A stretch of DNA of 64,000 bases from Gallionella sp. (GTDB lineage: Bacteria > Pseudomonadota > Gammaproteobacteria > Burkholderiales > Gallionellaceae), in assembly GCA_035498295.1 (NCBI GenBank), contig DATKAK010000008.1, positions 3,433 to 67,432 of the forward strand, given 5' to 3'. This document shows, piece after piece, positions 1-10,116 of this stretch (position 1 is the stretch's first letter; the number at the start of each line of letters is the position of its first letter). The notes under the pieces are model-generated. The model worked only from the letters and a program-made list of their open reading frames with translations, was not told the DNA's origin and did not search any database. The position numbers were made by a program, and so were the translations under genes.

Positions 1-24
1 TGAAGAGGATGAGCCGTTTGCCAT
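1..24 (-). CDS. 5' start of a gene running off the left edge (MANGSSSS...)
   Basis: ATG at 24-22 preceded by GGGAG on the minus strand; only 8 codons are visible. Confidence 0.35.
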
Positions 25-169
25 GTGAACTCCCGTAGTTGGACAAGATGCAATTAAAAGAAGAGTCGGGGCAAGTTCCTTGATTCATGCGGTTCAATCC
101 GCATAACCATGGGTATTGCTGAAGATTCGGGCGGGCGCGTCATCGACAACAGGCAGCCCTCCTCTCAGA

Positions 170-586
170 CTACATCGCCGATGCAACCCTTTTCTTTGCA
201 GTTGCGGCCAATTTTTGCGCGTTCTTTTTTACATTCTTCGCTGTCGAGGCAACTTTTTTGGCTGCACTCCCTGCTTTCTTCTTTGCGCTCAAGGCCATCT
301 TCTTGGCGGACTTTGCTGCGCTCTTTTCAGCCGAGACGGCTCGTTTTACGGCCGCACCTGCTTTTTTCTTAGCAGTCGAAGCCATTTTCTTGGCGGACTT
401 GACTGCGTTCTTTTCAGCCGAGGCCACTCGTTTGGCGGCGACCCCGGTTTTTTTCTTTGCATTCGAGATCAGTTTTTTGGCAGACTTCGCCAAATTCTTT
501 TCAGCCGAGGCTAGCCGTTTGGCAGCTTTATCTTTATTGCGTCTGGCATTCTTTGCGCCTGCCTCGATTTTGTTCATTATTTCCAC
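170..586 (-). CDS. Lys/Ala-rich histone H1-like protein with four 29-aa repeats
   Basis: ORF 170..622; GTG at 586 follows a GGAGG RBS; repeat unit AAKRxASAEKNxxKSAKKxxSxAKKKxGx. Confidence 0.75.
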   Translation of the reverse strand: MEIMNKIEAGAKNARRNKDKAAKRLASAEKNLAKSAKKLISNAKKKTGVAAKRVASAEKNAVKSAKKMASTAKKKAGAAVKRAVSAEKSAAKSAKKMALSAKKKAGSAAKKVASTAKNVKKNAQKLAATAKKRVASAM

Positions 587-754
587 GATGTTTTCCTCCA
601 GAGGGTGATTGTTGCCCGACAATGATACAAAGAACCTGCCTGTTCAGATTGATATTCATTCCAGGCTGACCCGGCAGGATCTGGCATGTTAGATGTCGCG
701 TCTGCAATCCGGGATCCTGCCATCGAAGCATGCGGGTAAATCATATCGTTGTCA

Positions 755-2470
755 CTAGAATTCTTTCCAGTCGTCGTCCTGGTCCGCTTGGGCCTTTGTC
801 AGTCTGGGTGCGGCATGGGTTGCCGCGGGCTTGTCAAGCCGCGGTCTTTGCCGAGTGGCGACAGGCTTGGCTGCAGGTTTGGCGGCTTTCCGCGACAAGG
901 TCCCGGCGCCGTTCAATTTGAACACGCTGACATCCTTCAGCAGGCCTTCCGCCTGTTCCTGCATCGATTCGGCCGCGGCCGAGGCTTCTTCGACCAGCGC
1001 GGCGTTCTGCTGGGTGACCTCGTCCATCTGGACAAGCGCGGCATTTACCTGCTCGATGCTCATGCTTTGGTCCGAACTGTTGGCAGATATGTCTTTCATG
1101 AGCGATGAGACCAGCTGCACCGAGGTAACCAGGTCGCCCAGCGAGTCGGCCGCCTTTTTTACCTGCATGGATCCGGCATGGACCTTTTCAACCGAACCGC
1201 CGATCAGAAGGCTGATTTCCTTTGCCGCGGTCGCGGAGCGCTGCGCCAGATTGCGCACCTCGGCTGCGACAACTGCAAAACCGCGCCCCTGCTCGCCGGC
1301 GCGCGCCGCTTCGACGGCGGCATTCAGCGCAAGAATGTTGGTCTGGAAAGCGATCCCGTCGATCACGCTGATAATATCCTCGATCTTCTTTGAGGATTCA
1401 TTGATGGAAGTCATCGTGGCCACCAGCATGTCCACATCCTTGCCGCTCTGTTCCGCGATGTCGCAGCTGCCCTGGACAAGCTGATACGCATGCCTGGCAC
1501 TTTCGACATTTGCACGCACGGCGGAGAGGAGCTCCTGCATGCTGCTGGTCGTCTGTTCCAGACTGGCGGCCTGCTGTTCGGTGCGTTGCGACAGGTCGGC
1601 GTTGCCGGTGGCGATTTCCTGCGATGCGGTGGTGATGGACTCGGTGGAATTGCGTATATTGGCGACGATGGCCGAAATCCTGCGGATCATGTCGTTGACC
1701 GCAAACAACAGGCTGCTTTTATCGTTTGTCTTGATGTTGACTTCGGTCGTCAGATCGCCGCCCGCCACGCGCTTGACGACTTCGGCCGCATAATCCGGTT
1801 CGCCGCCCATCTTTCCCAAAATGCTGCGCGTGATCCATGCCGCGAACATCATGGAGATCAGGGAAGCCAGCAAACCGCCGATGATCATCAGGCGGGTGGT
1901 CATGTCGGCCTTGCTTGCCGTGGCGGCGGTATTCTTGTGCGCATCTGCGACCTGTTGCGTGCGGAATTCCTCCAATTGCCTGGCGATGTCCTCGCTGTCC
2001 TTGTCAAACCCGGATACGCCATCGGGGCCTTTCATCAGCAGATTGCCCGCCTCGATGCCGCTATTGATATACGCCTCCGCCATGACTTTCCCGCTCGCGT
2101 AAAAGCGCTTGAAACTGTCTTCGATGGCCTGGATCTGTTTCAGTTTCGGCTCGTCGTTGTTCTTCCGGAACAGTTGCTTGTATTTTTCGACCCCTTCCAG
2201 GAAGCGGTTGGCAGACTCTTCGGCTTCCTTGTAGCCGCCACGGTCGTGGGTGGCGGAAACATCCGTCAGAAACTGCTGCACATCGGATCGGCTGAGGTCC
2301 ATCACATCGATCACGAGGATATAGGGCAGCGTTTGCTCGTCAACCAGTTCCGCATCCTGCTTGAGATGCGCGAGCGATACGCCGACCACCAGGAATGTTG
2401 CCGAGAACAATGCCACCACGACTGAAACAGAGATGAGCATCAGCGTCCTGACGCCAAGATTACCGAACAT
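755..2470 (-). CDS. Methyl-accepting chemotaxis protein
   Basis: Two TM segments, HAMP-like region, signalling signature IAFQTNILALNAAVEAARAGEQGRGFAVVA, C-terminal pentapeptide DWKEF. Confidence 0.95.
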   Translation of the reverse strand: MFGNLGVRTLMLISVSVVVALFSATFLVVGVSLAHLKQDAELVDEQTLPYILVIDVMDLSRSDVQQFLTDVSATHDRGGYKEAEESANRFLEGVEKYKQLFRKNNDEPKLKQIQAIEDSFKRFYASGKVMAEAYINSGIEAGNLLMKGPDGVSGFDKDSEDIARQLEEFRTQQVADAHKNTAATASKADMTTRLMIIGGLLASLISMMFAAWITRSILGKMGGEPDYAAEVVKRVAGGDLTTEVNIKTNDKSSLLFAVNDMIRRISAIVANIRNSTESITTASQEIATGNADLSQRTEQQAASLEQTTSSMQELLSAVRANVESARHAYQLVQGSCDIAEQSGKDVDMLVATMTSINESSKKIEDIISVIDGIAFQTNILALNAAVEAARAGEQGRGFAVVAAEVRNLAQRSATAAKEISLLIGGSVEKVHAGSMQVKKAADSLGDLVTSVQLVSSLMKDISANSSDQSMSIEQVNAALVQMDEVTQQNAALVEEASAAAESMQEQAEGLLKDVSVFKLNGAGTLSRKAAKPAAKPVATRQRPRLDKPAATHAAPRLTKAQADQDDDWKEF

Positions 2471-2657
2471 GATCGACTCGAGAATATTTTGGAAAATTGA
2501 TTTTACTACGATGCCAAAGGGAATTGCCGGGTTGCCGTTTGCAAATCTATACGCGCGGACAGGCTTGCTTTGGTCAACGGAATTCCGGTCACCGGATAGA
2601 AGCCTGCGATCGGTCCCCCGATCGCTACCGGTATATTCCCATTCGGCCGGGTTCCGA

Positions 2658-3383
2658 TCAGGCGGACTCCTTTGTTCTGTGCTTCTTCCCGCGCCGATCG
2701 AGCAGATAAACCGAGAAGATAACTACGATAATAAGGCCAATAATGAGTATGGGAGCCCAGGAACCGAAGACGGCGGCGCGGACATAAAGGTCGAACAGCA
2801 GATAGGCCCAACCCACGATGGTGACGTAGGCGCCCGCGAGCACGACCGACAGCGTCAACCAGGCGGGGAAACCGAGCAGGTACCCGACGGCACTGCCCAA
2901 CACCGGCCCCGTCATCCAGAACGGGAACCAGACAAAGATAAAGAGTCCCGGGACACCGTAGCGGCGCACCCTGTCATGGTTGCGCTCGGCAGCCGCATGC
3001 GTGCGATCGAGAAAGTATTTCAATCTTGGAAACTCGACCAGCTTGAGCAGGCTGAACACAAACACCGGATAGAACAACAACACCAGCACCGTCTCCACCC
3101 ACATGACCACCGGTATCACGAGGGCGTGGCCGAATCCGTTGGCATAGCCTATCGACATGGACACGATCATGCCCAGGATGATGTCGGTGAAGATCATGGC
3201 GCCCATCATGCGCGAGGTTTGCGGCGACCAGACAGCGATCAGCCCCATCACGATCAGACCGGCGAGCGCGCTGGCAATCCCAAGCAACAGGATGCGCCCT
3301 TCGGTCGTCTTGAGCAGCTGACGCCAGTTTGGCTTGGGTGGACGCTCAGCGGCGGCTGCAGTCAGTGTTTGTTCCTCGTTCAC
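2658..3383 (-). CDS. Membrane protein, putative small multi-drug export family
   Basis: Multiple TM helices; motif RRYGVPGLFIFVWFPFWMTGPVLG. Confidence 0.7.
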   Translation of the reverse strand: MNEEQTLTAAAAERPPKPNWRQLLKTTEGRILLLGIASALAGLIVMGLIAVWSPQTSRMMGAMIFTDIILGMIVSMSIGYANGFGHALVIPVVMWVETVLVLLFYPVFVFSLLKLVEFPRLKYFLDRTHAAAERNHDRVRRYGVPGLFIFVWFPFWMTGPVLGSAVGYLLGFPAWLTLSVVLAGAYVTIVGWAYLLFDLYVRAAVFGSWAPILIIGLIIVVIFSVYLLDRRGKKHRTKESA

Positions 3384-3579
3384 GGTACGGGTACGATTCG
3401 ATTTGGGCAGGAGCGGAATTATCGCAAAAACCTGCCAGGCGCATGCGAATATTCATGCGGATGATCACGGAGCTGCTTCAGTTGTATTGCCCCTTTTGAT
3501 TATTTCTCAATTTATCCGTCGGGGGTGGCGGGGTTTGGTGTGTGGCCAAATCCGGCAAACCGCGACCTTTGCCACTTGG

Positions 3580-3780
3580 TCATCTCCGGAATATCCAGAA
3601 CAGGATCGACAGCACCACGGAAATGATTATGCCGGTCGTGACCGGGAAATAGAAGCTGAATCCCTTGCGTTCGATGGAAATATCGCCGGGAAGATGGCCC
3701 AGGCCCAGTCTGGACAGCCAGGGCCAGCCCACGCCGACCAGGATCAAAACGATGCCGAGAATGACGAGCCACTTTGCCAT
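3580..3780 (-). CDS. DUF2905 family small membrane protein
   Basis: MAKWLVILG...LGHLPGDISIER...FYFPVTTGIIISVVLS; 3' part of ORF 3580..4053. Confidence 0.85.
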   Translation of the reverse strand: MAKWLVILGIVLILVGVGWPWLSRLGLGHLPGDISIERKGFSFYFPVTTGIIISVVLSILFWIFRR

Positions 3781-3785
3781 GATCG

Positions 3786-4820
3786 CTAGCGCCGGTTCTG
3801 AAAGAAGTTTCCGCCACCGAAAAAATTGTCGGGCAGCGCGGCCAGTTGCCGCCGTGCGTGTTCGTAGCCGATGGCGATGATCTCCTCGGCACGGTCGAAT
3901 TCCAGAAAGCGTATGTGGCCCAGCGGCGGCTGGATGACCAGATCCGGTTTGTCGAGCAACAGGCGCGAGCGGGTGATGCGGGTTTCCATGATGTTGATCG
4001 AGGCCAGCAGCACTTCGAAGATGTTCGGCAGCGACTCGTCGGCGGAAGCCCATTTTCTGAATTGCGCCGAGGCGGGGTTATCCAGGGCGAGCAGTTTCTG
4101 CCGGATGTCCTGCATCGAACTGCGGTAATCGCCCACCCAGCGCGAGAACATGCCGGAAGTGTCGTCCTCTCGGCTGCTTGCCTGTTTTTCCCTGCGCAGC
4201 GGTTTCAGATTCTTGCCGGCGACGATCTCGTGGTTGAGATCGACCGCGATCACGAGGTCGGCGCCCATCGCGCGGACCGTGCTTGCCGGCACCGGGTTGG
4301 TGATGCCGCCGTCCACCAGGATGCGCCCGTTGCTGCGCACCGGCGTGAAGATCCCGGGTACGGAGATGCTGGCGCGCACCGCGTCGATCACATCGCCGTC
4401 GCGGAGGATCACTTCCTCGCCGCTGACGATGTCCGTCGCCACCGCGGCAAAGGGTATGGCCAGCTTTTCGAGCGCGTCGGCATGCACGTGCGCGCGCACC
4501 AGATCGCTGACCTTTTCGCCGTCGAGCAATCCGGATTTGGGCAGCACGACGTCGAAGAAGGAAGCGGTCGTTTTCCAGTCGAAGTCCAGGAAGGTGGCTT
4601 CCAGTTCGTCCAGTTTTCCCGCGGCACATATCGCGCCGATCAGCGCGCCCATGCTCGTCCCTGCGATGCAATCCAACTCGATGCCGGCATCCTTGAGGGC
4701 ACGGATCACGCCGAGGTGCGACAGGCCGCGCGCCGAGCCGCTGCCGAGCGCGAGACCGACCCTGGGACGGCGGGGCGGATCGCGGTCAACTTTGTTGCTG
4801 GTCATCGCAGGATTTTCCAT
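3786..4820 (-). CDS. rssA: Patatin-like phospholipase (RssA family)
   Basis: GSGSARG oxyanion motif, GTSMG nucleophile, DGG motif. Confidence 0.88.
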   Translation of the reverse strand: MENPAMTSNKVDRDPPRRPRVGLALGSGSARGLSHLGVIRALKDAGIELDCIAGTSMGALIGAICAAGKLDELEATFLDFDWKTTASFFDVVLPKSGLLDGEKVSDLVRAHVHADALEKLAIPFAAVATDIVSGEEVILRDGDVIDAVRASISVPGIFTPVRSNGRILVDGGITNPVPASTVRAMGADLVIAVDLNHEIVAGKNLKPLRREKQASSREDDTSGMFSRWVGDYRSSMQDIRQKLLALDNPASAQFRKWASADESLPNIFEVLLASINIMETRITRSRLLLDKPDLVIQPPLGHIRFLEFDRAEEIIAIGYEHARRQLAALPDNFFGGGNFFQNRR

Positions 4821-4948
4821 CCCGGTATATTACCCCTGTTCACGGCACGATTCCGCACATAGCGCGTATCCTTCCGGCGGTCTGCGGCAACAATCAGGTT
4901 GGGAAATCGGAAAGAAATGGCGAGCGCCCGGTATCAGCGCCCGGGCAG

Positions 4949-7681
4949 TCAGGCTTGGCGGGTTTCCAGCGCCTTGTCTATGCTGGCGATGAATGTTGCA
5001 AGTTCCCGGTCGATGCCGGCAAGCAACGGATCATATTCGGAGGATTCCGCCTTGTGGATGCTGTTCTCCAAAGAAGCGGACAGCTCCTGCAGCGTTTTGG
5101 CGCCCAGCGTGCCGGTGATCCCCCTCAGCGTGTGCGCCAGTCTCTCGGCGGTCTGGTTGTCGTCAGCCGCCAATGCTGCGCGGATCCGGTCGGCGATATC
5201 GCGTTCCTTGAGCCGGAATTTGTCGAGCAGCGAATAATAGAGCGCGACATTCTTTCCGATGCGGCGCACGCTTTCGGACACATTGACCCCGGGCAGGTCC
5301 GGAAGCGGTTCGGTCGCGGGATCCCGGTTCGTTTCACCTGCAGGCTTGTTCTCCACCGGCCGTTCGGGACGCACCCATTTTGCCAGTGTCGCGACCAGGC
5401 GGTCCGGATCGATGGGTTTGCCGATATAGTCCGTGACGCCCGCTTCAAAAAAATCCTTTTGTTCGCTGACCATCACATTGGCGGTCAGCGCGATGATGGG
5501 CAATTTGGCAAAACGGGGGTTCTTGCGTATCAAGCGGGTCGCGGTGACCCCATCCATCACCGGCATCTGCATGTCCATCAGCACGCCGTCGAATCGCTCG
5601 TCCTTCAGGAGCGCGATGGCTTCCTCGCCGTTCTGCGCGGTGGTCACATCGAGCCCGAACCCTTCGAGCATCTCCTGTGCGACCTGCCGGTTGATTTCGT
5701 TGTCCTCCACCAGCAGCATGCGCGCCCCGCGGATCAACGAAACGAGTTCCGGGTTCAACTGGTCGCTGATGATCTTGAACTTGCCCGAGGACAGCACGCC
5801 CCGGCCGGAAACCTTGTGTATCGCGTCGAGCAATTTGTTTTGCGTGAATGGCTTTGCCAATATGCCGTCCACCAGCTCGTTATCCATTTTCAGCATCAGC
5901 TCATCCTGGTCGCTGGAGGTGATCAGCAATACTTTCGGCCTGAAACTCAGAAATGTGATCTCGCGGAGTTTTCGCGCGACTTCGATGCCGTCCATCTCCG
6001 GAAGCTTGCAATCGATGACGACCAGACCGAAGGGTCTTCTTTCCTCGTTCGCCTTGCGTACCAGACCCAGCGCATCTTCGCTGTTGCCGGCAGGCGTTAC
6101 GTCGAGAGTGAACGAATCCAGGTAACCTTTGAGAATTTGCAATCCGTTCTCGTTCTGATTTACCGCAAGCACGCGCAATCCATGCAAGTTGTCGAGCGGA
6201 ACCAGGTTGTGGATCGACTGCTCTTCAACCTTTTTAAAGCGCGCAACGAAGATGAATCTGGATCCATGCCCCGGATTGCTTTCCACCCAGATCCTGCCGC
6301 CCATCATTTCGACCAGGCGCTTGCTGATCGTCAGGCCCAAACCGGTCCCGCCGAATCTGCGGGTGACGCTTGAGTCGGCTTGCGTGAACGGGTGAAACAA
6401 TTTGTCGATTTCCTTCTGCGACAGGCCGATGCCCGTATCGATCACGCTAAAGCGCAGCACGATCTCGGCGCTGGTCTCTCTTGCGCGCACGACACGAACG
6501 GCCACCTCGCCCTTCTCGGTGAATTTGACGGCGTTGCCGGCCAGATTGATCAGCACCTGGCTCAGCCGCAGCGGGTCGCCAACCAGCAATTTGGGGATGT
6601 CCGGAGCGGTTTGTATCAGGAATTCGAGATTCTTCTCTTGGGCCCGGTTGCCCACGATCGTGGCCAGGTTGCTCATCACCTCCTCCAGATTGAAGGTGGT
6701 TTGGTCGATCTCCATCTTTCCGGCTTCAATCTTCGAGACATCGAGGATGTCGTTGAGGATCCCCAGCAGCGATTTTGCCGATCCATTGATCTTTTCCAGG
6801 TAGTCCTGCTGTTTGGGAGACATCGAAGTCTGCAAACACAGGTGGCTCAATCCGATGATCGCATTCATCGGTGTGCGAAGTTCATGGCTCATGTTGGCGA
6901 GGAATTGATCCTTGATCTGGCTGGCGGCTTCCGCCTGGCTCTTGGCTTCCTCGGCTTCCTTGAGTTTCTGGATCTCGCGTTCCAGTTCGTTGTTGACCAC
7001 CACCAGCATCCTGTTTCGTTCTTCCACATTTCTTTCCAGCGTCAGGATCCCGCGGGTGACCAGCAGCGTGAGCCCCGCGATGATCAGCAACATGAGCGTG
7101 CCGATCGCCGCGCCCCATTGCTGGGCGCGCTGCGATCTTTCTATCGCGCTGACGACATCATTATGGTATTCCCGCTCGGTGTTGGCCTTGTAGGTCTTCG
7201 TCTCGGAAAAATAGGCATCGCGCAAACCCTTCATATTCATCAATTGCTGGGTGGTTGGCATATCCGTTCTTGTCGCCATTCGCTGGGCGATATCCAGAGC
7301 CATCACGAAGTAGCTGTTGAACTGTGTTTTCAGTTTTATGATCTCGTCCTGGTGCCCGGTGTCGAGCTTTTCCAGCACGTCGTAGCGTTTGGTGATTTCA
7401 TCGGCTTTTTCCTTGGCGATATCCAGGAAGTCCACCTCGCCGGTTGCCACCGCAGCCTCAAGCGCATCCACGACCCTCCCGTAGGCGTTGAGATTTTTCT
7501 CGGCCTCGTCGAGTATCGGATAATCGACATCGCGAAGTTCAACCAGAACGTTTTCCCCGTTCGACAACACGATGGACGAATAGACCAGGTATGCGGCAAA
7601 GCTCAACGTGGCGGCGATCGGCACCAGCAATAGCTGCCAAGCCAGGGAAAAGTCGGATAGTTTTTTGATGGGCAAAGCCAT
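4949..7681 (-). CDS. Hybrid sensor histidine kinase (periplasmic sensor, HisKA, HATPase, 2 REC, HPt)
   Basis: MSHELRTPMNAIIG H-box; N/G boxes (NLAGNAVKFT, DTGIG, GGTGLGL); REC LLVEDN..MDMQMP; HPt AHTLRG. Confidence 0.93.
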   Translation of the reverse strand: MALPIKKLSDFSLAWQLLLVPIAATLSFAAYLVYSSIVLSNGENVLVELRDVDYPILDEAEKNLNAYGRVVDALEAAVATGEVDFLDIAKEKADEITKRYDVLEKLDTGHQDEIIKLKTQFNSYFVMALDIAQRMATRTDMPTTQQLMNMKGLRDAYFSETKTYKANTEREYHNDVVSAIERSQRAQQWGAAIGTLMLLIIAGLTLLVTRGILTLERNVEERNRMLVVVNNELEREIQKLKEAEEAKSQAEAASQIKDQFLANMSHELRTPMNAIIGLSHLCLQTSMSPKQQDYLEKINGSAKSLLGILNDILDVSKIEAGKMEIDQTTFNLEEVMSNLATIVGNRAQEKNLEFLIQTAPDIPKLLVGDPLRLSQVLINLAGNAVKFTEKGEVAVRVVRARETSAEIVLRFSVIDTGIGLSQKEIDKLFHPFTQADSSVTRRFGGTGLGLTISKRLVEMMGGRIWVESNPGHGSRFIFVARFKKVEEQSIHNLVPLDNLHGLRVLAVNQNENGLQILKGYLDSFTLDVTPAGNSEDALGLVRKANEERRPFGLVVIDCKLPEMDGIEVARKLREITFLSFRPKVLLITSSDQDELMLKMDNELVDGILAKPFTQNKLLDAIHKVSGRGVLSSGKFKIISDQLNPELVSLIRGARMLLVEDNEINRQVAQEMLEGFGLDVTTAQNGEEAIALLKDERFDGVLMDMQMPVMDGVTATRLIRKNPRFAKLPIIALTANVMVSEQKDFFEAGVTDYIGKPIDPDRLVATLAKWVRPERPVENKPAGETNRDPATEPLPDLPGVNVSESVRRIGKNVALYYSLLDKFRLKERDIADRIRAALAADDNQTAERLAHTLRGITGTLGAKTLQELSASLENSIHKAESSEYDPLLAGIDRELATFIASIDKALETRQA

Positions 7682-7683
7682 AT

Positions 7684-8124
7684 TCAGGGTTCCAGTATGA
7701 CTCGGACGGTTTTGTTTACCGATTTCTTGTCGATATACCCGATGGCGTTCGGATTTCTGGCGACAGTGCGCCTGACTTCTGCGTCCCCGTCCAGTGTCTC
7801 GGGCGGACGGCCGTCCCCGGTGAATATGATCTTCGCCCAGTATGCGGAGACCTGCGAGGGATTCTTGTGGACGACTTTGGCATAAAACTCATTCCTGATG
7901 TCGCTGCCTTCGCGCTGATCGTAAGGTACGGCATCGCTGTCATCCGGGAATTCGCTGGTTTTTCCGAGGAAGATCCTCGCGGTCTGCTGAGCGGTCAGAC
8001 TGGTGACGCGGCTCTTGGCGGACACGATCACGACGACTTCGGCACGCGTATTTGCAGTGAATGCCGACATGGCCAGAAGCAGCGCAAGGGCAAAGAAATG
8101 GCGCATGATTTTCTGTGGTTCCAA
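7684..8124 (-). CDS. Small periplasmic protein, phosphate-ABC substrate-binding-like
   Basis: Signal peptide; motifs EVVVIV, IFLGK, YWAKIIFTGDGRPP, AIGYID. Confidence 0.75.
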   Translation of the reverse strand: MEPQKIMRHFFALALLLAMSAFTANTRAEVVVIVSAKSRVTSLTAQQTARIFLGKTSEFPDDSDAVPYDQREGSDIRNEFYAKVVHKNPSQVSAYWAKIIFTGDGRPPETLDGDAEVRRTVARNPNAIGYIDKKSVNKTVRVILEP

Positions 8125-8137
8125 TTGCCCGCCGCTC

Positions 8138-9274
8138 CTAGAATATGAAATCCAAGACTGCAGAAATCACATGGAAGGTCTGTCCGGACAGGTCTACACC
8201 CGCGGGAACATTCGCGAGAAAACCGTTCGAGTTGTCGCCGAGCTTGACCCGATCCAGTTGCAGCTTGAAGTCGGTGTCCCGCATGAAATCCCAGCGTACC
8301 CCGAGGCTGTAGGTGCTCTGTGCCCGGTTGGCCAAGACCACGCCCTCCGGCGAGGGAGGGGGAAATCCCGGCATGAAGGAACCCTGGCTGCTATTTGCGT
8401 AGGTCAGATAGGGGGTGTATTTGTTTATGCGATAGCCGCCGCTGACATACATTGCATTGACCTTGTAGGTCGATTCGCGCTGTATCCACTCCGACATCGC
8501 GAACCAGTTGCCCGGATCATATTTGATTCCGGCGGACAGATCGCTGTCCTCCACCGATAATCCGGGTTGCCCGGTCAAATAGTATCCGGAGTCCGTCTCG
8601 CGTTGCTGGTAGCCTATATGGACGATAGTCGAGCCGTATTCGATCGTATCGAAAATTCCCCACAGGTGTTCGGAAGTAAAACTGAGGGATGACATTGAAT
8701 CGCCGATCTCGCCTGTAGACCGGCCGAAGAGCGCCTTGAAGTTATTTCCCGCGTCGCCGATTTGCAAACGGTAATTGACATCGATGCCGTCGCTGTGCGT
8801 GATGGACTCCTGCCGGTAAACTTCAACCGGCGGATGGACCCATGCGTAGGTATAGCCGACATCACGGTTCTCGGATTCCAGAAAAGTCGGCAGGGCGACG
8901 CGCCCGACCCGGAGATAGACATCGGGCGTGAAAGCATATTTCACATTGGCAAATTCCACCTCCGGCTCGTACGAATTACCCGTGTGATATTCCGAATCAA
9001 CCTGCAGCACGACCGATACTTTTGGCGAGTATTGGGCCGCCATGTGACCCGCGATCCGGGTATCGTTGGTGGGCGACCAATTTTGACTCAGGCTCGATCC
9101 TTTGGGAATGCCGCCGTCCACAACATAATCACCCGAACCCATGCTGGAATGGTCGATGCCCAGCGATCCGAACACGCCGAACGTGACGCTGGGTTGATCG
9201 ATCTCGAGCGCGGTCGCATCGGCGAGGCACGTGAAAAACCCGAGTAACGCGATAAGGTAATATCGTATGGCCAT
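8138..9274 (-). CDS. Outer-membrane porin-like beta-barrel protein
   Basis: Signal peptide from MAIRYYLIALLG; alternating beta-strand pattern; ends LDFIF with terminal Phe. Confidence 0.75.
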   Translation of the reverse strand: MAIRYYLIALLGFFTCLADATALEIDQPSVTFGVFGSLGIDHSSMGSGDYVVDGGIPKGSSLSQNWSPTNDTRIAGHMAAQYSPKVSVVLQVDSEYHTGNSYEPEVEFANVKYAFTPDVYLRVGRVALPTFLESENRDVGYTYAWVHPPVEVYRQESITHSDGIDVNYRLQIGDAGNNFKALFGRSTGEIGDSMSSLSFTSEHLWGIFDTIEYGSTIVHIGYQQRETDSGYYLTGQPGLSVEDSDLSAGIKYDPGNWFAMSEWIQRESTYKVNAMYVSGGYRINKYTPYLTYANSSQGSFMPGFPPPSPEGVVLANRAQSTYSLGVRWDFMRDTDFKLQLDRVKLGDNSNGFLANVPAGVDLSGQTFHVISAVLDFIF

Positions 9275-9575
9275 GAGGCACCCCTGCTTATTGGGAATAA
9301 ACTTTTTCATCCATTGAACGATTTTTCGGGATTCCAAGTCCAACTTGGCAATTTCAGCGGATTTGCCGGCTATCTTTGACATTTAATTGTACTTTTCAAG
9401 TAGAAATTGTTTTGAAAGACGAATGCGGTACTTTCATTGCGGTGAGCGGATTGGTGTTGTATTCTGGGCCCGCATACAGGCGATACGACACACAACTTTC
9501 AAATAAATTCCAAATTTCAGCTTCAGACTCGGTGAAATTTGCCGGGCAGGCATAATCATAGTTCAGGAGAACCAG

Positions 9576-10076
9576 ATGGAACAGAACAAGAACCAGCCCA
9601 AGGTAATGGTGGTGGATGATGCGCCCGAGAATCTGATGATAATGGAATCGGTGCTATCGAAGGATTATTCGCTGAAGATGTTCAGCGATTCCGAGGAAGC
9701 GCTGTCGTATGCGTTCGCCAACCCTCCCGATCTGATCCTGCTCGACGTGATGATGCCGAAAACCGACGGTTTCGAGTTCTGCAAAAGGCTGAAAGCCAAC
9801 AGGAAGGTCTCCGATGTGCCGGTGATCTTCATCACATCCAAAACCGATATCGAGGACGAGGAGCGGGGATTTGCGGTCGGCGCTTCCGATTTCATCCACA
9901 AGCCGATCAGCGCGCCCATTGTCGCCGCCCGGGCCAAGACCCATCTCAAGATCAAATTCATGCTGGATTTCCTCAAGGCCGAGAACACCAATTTGCAGAA
10001 GAATGCAGAACATTCGTCGGTCGAACTTGCGACGCTGAGGGAATTTGTCTGGGGCAGTTCCTTCGGGAAACGCTGA
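9576..10076 (+). CDS. Response regulator (REC domain plus short C-terminal helix)
   Basis: VMVVDD, LILLDVMMP, IFITS, FIHKP; RBS CAGGAG upstream. Confidence 0.9.
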   Translation: MEQNKNQPKVMVVDDAPENLMIMESVLSKDYSLKMFSDSEEALSYAFANPPDLILLDVMMPKTDGFEFCKRLKANRKVSDVPVIFITSKTDIEDEERGFAVGASDFIHKPISAPIVAARAKTHLKIKFMLDFLKAENTNLQKNAEHSSVELATLREFVWGSSFGKR

Positions 10077-10116
10077 CCGGTATTTTCAATCCCGCTTTTT
10101 TTGCTTCTTTGCGGTC

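Noticed and set aside
2606-2625. Hairpin GCGATCGG-tccc-CCGATCGC as a terminator
   Set aside because: No U-tract on either strand; function unclear.
2471-2657. c-di-GMP riboswitch upstream of the MCP
   Set aside because: GCCGGGTTGCCG resembles the GEMM 3' end but lies on the antisense strand, and the GCAAA/GNRA elements are not arranged correctly.
9383-9575. Sigma28 promoter or ACTTTCA direct-repeat operator between the porin and response regulator genes
   Set aside because: Matches are weak and irregularly spaced.
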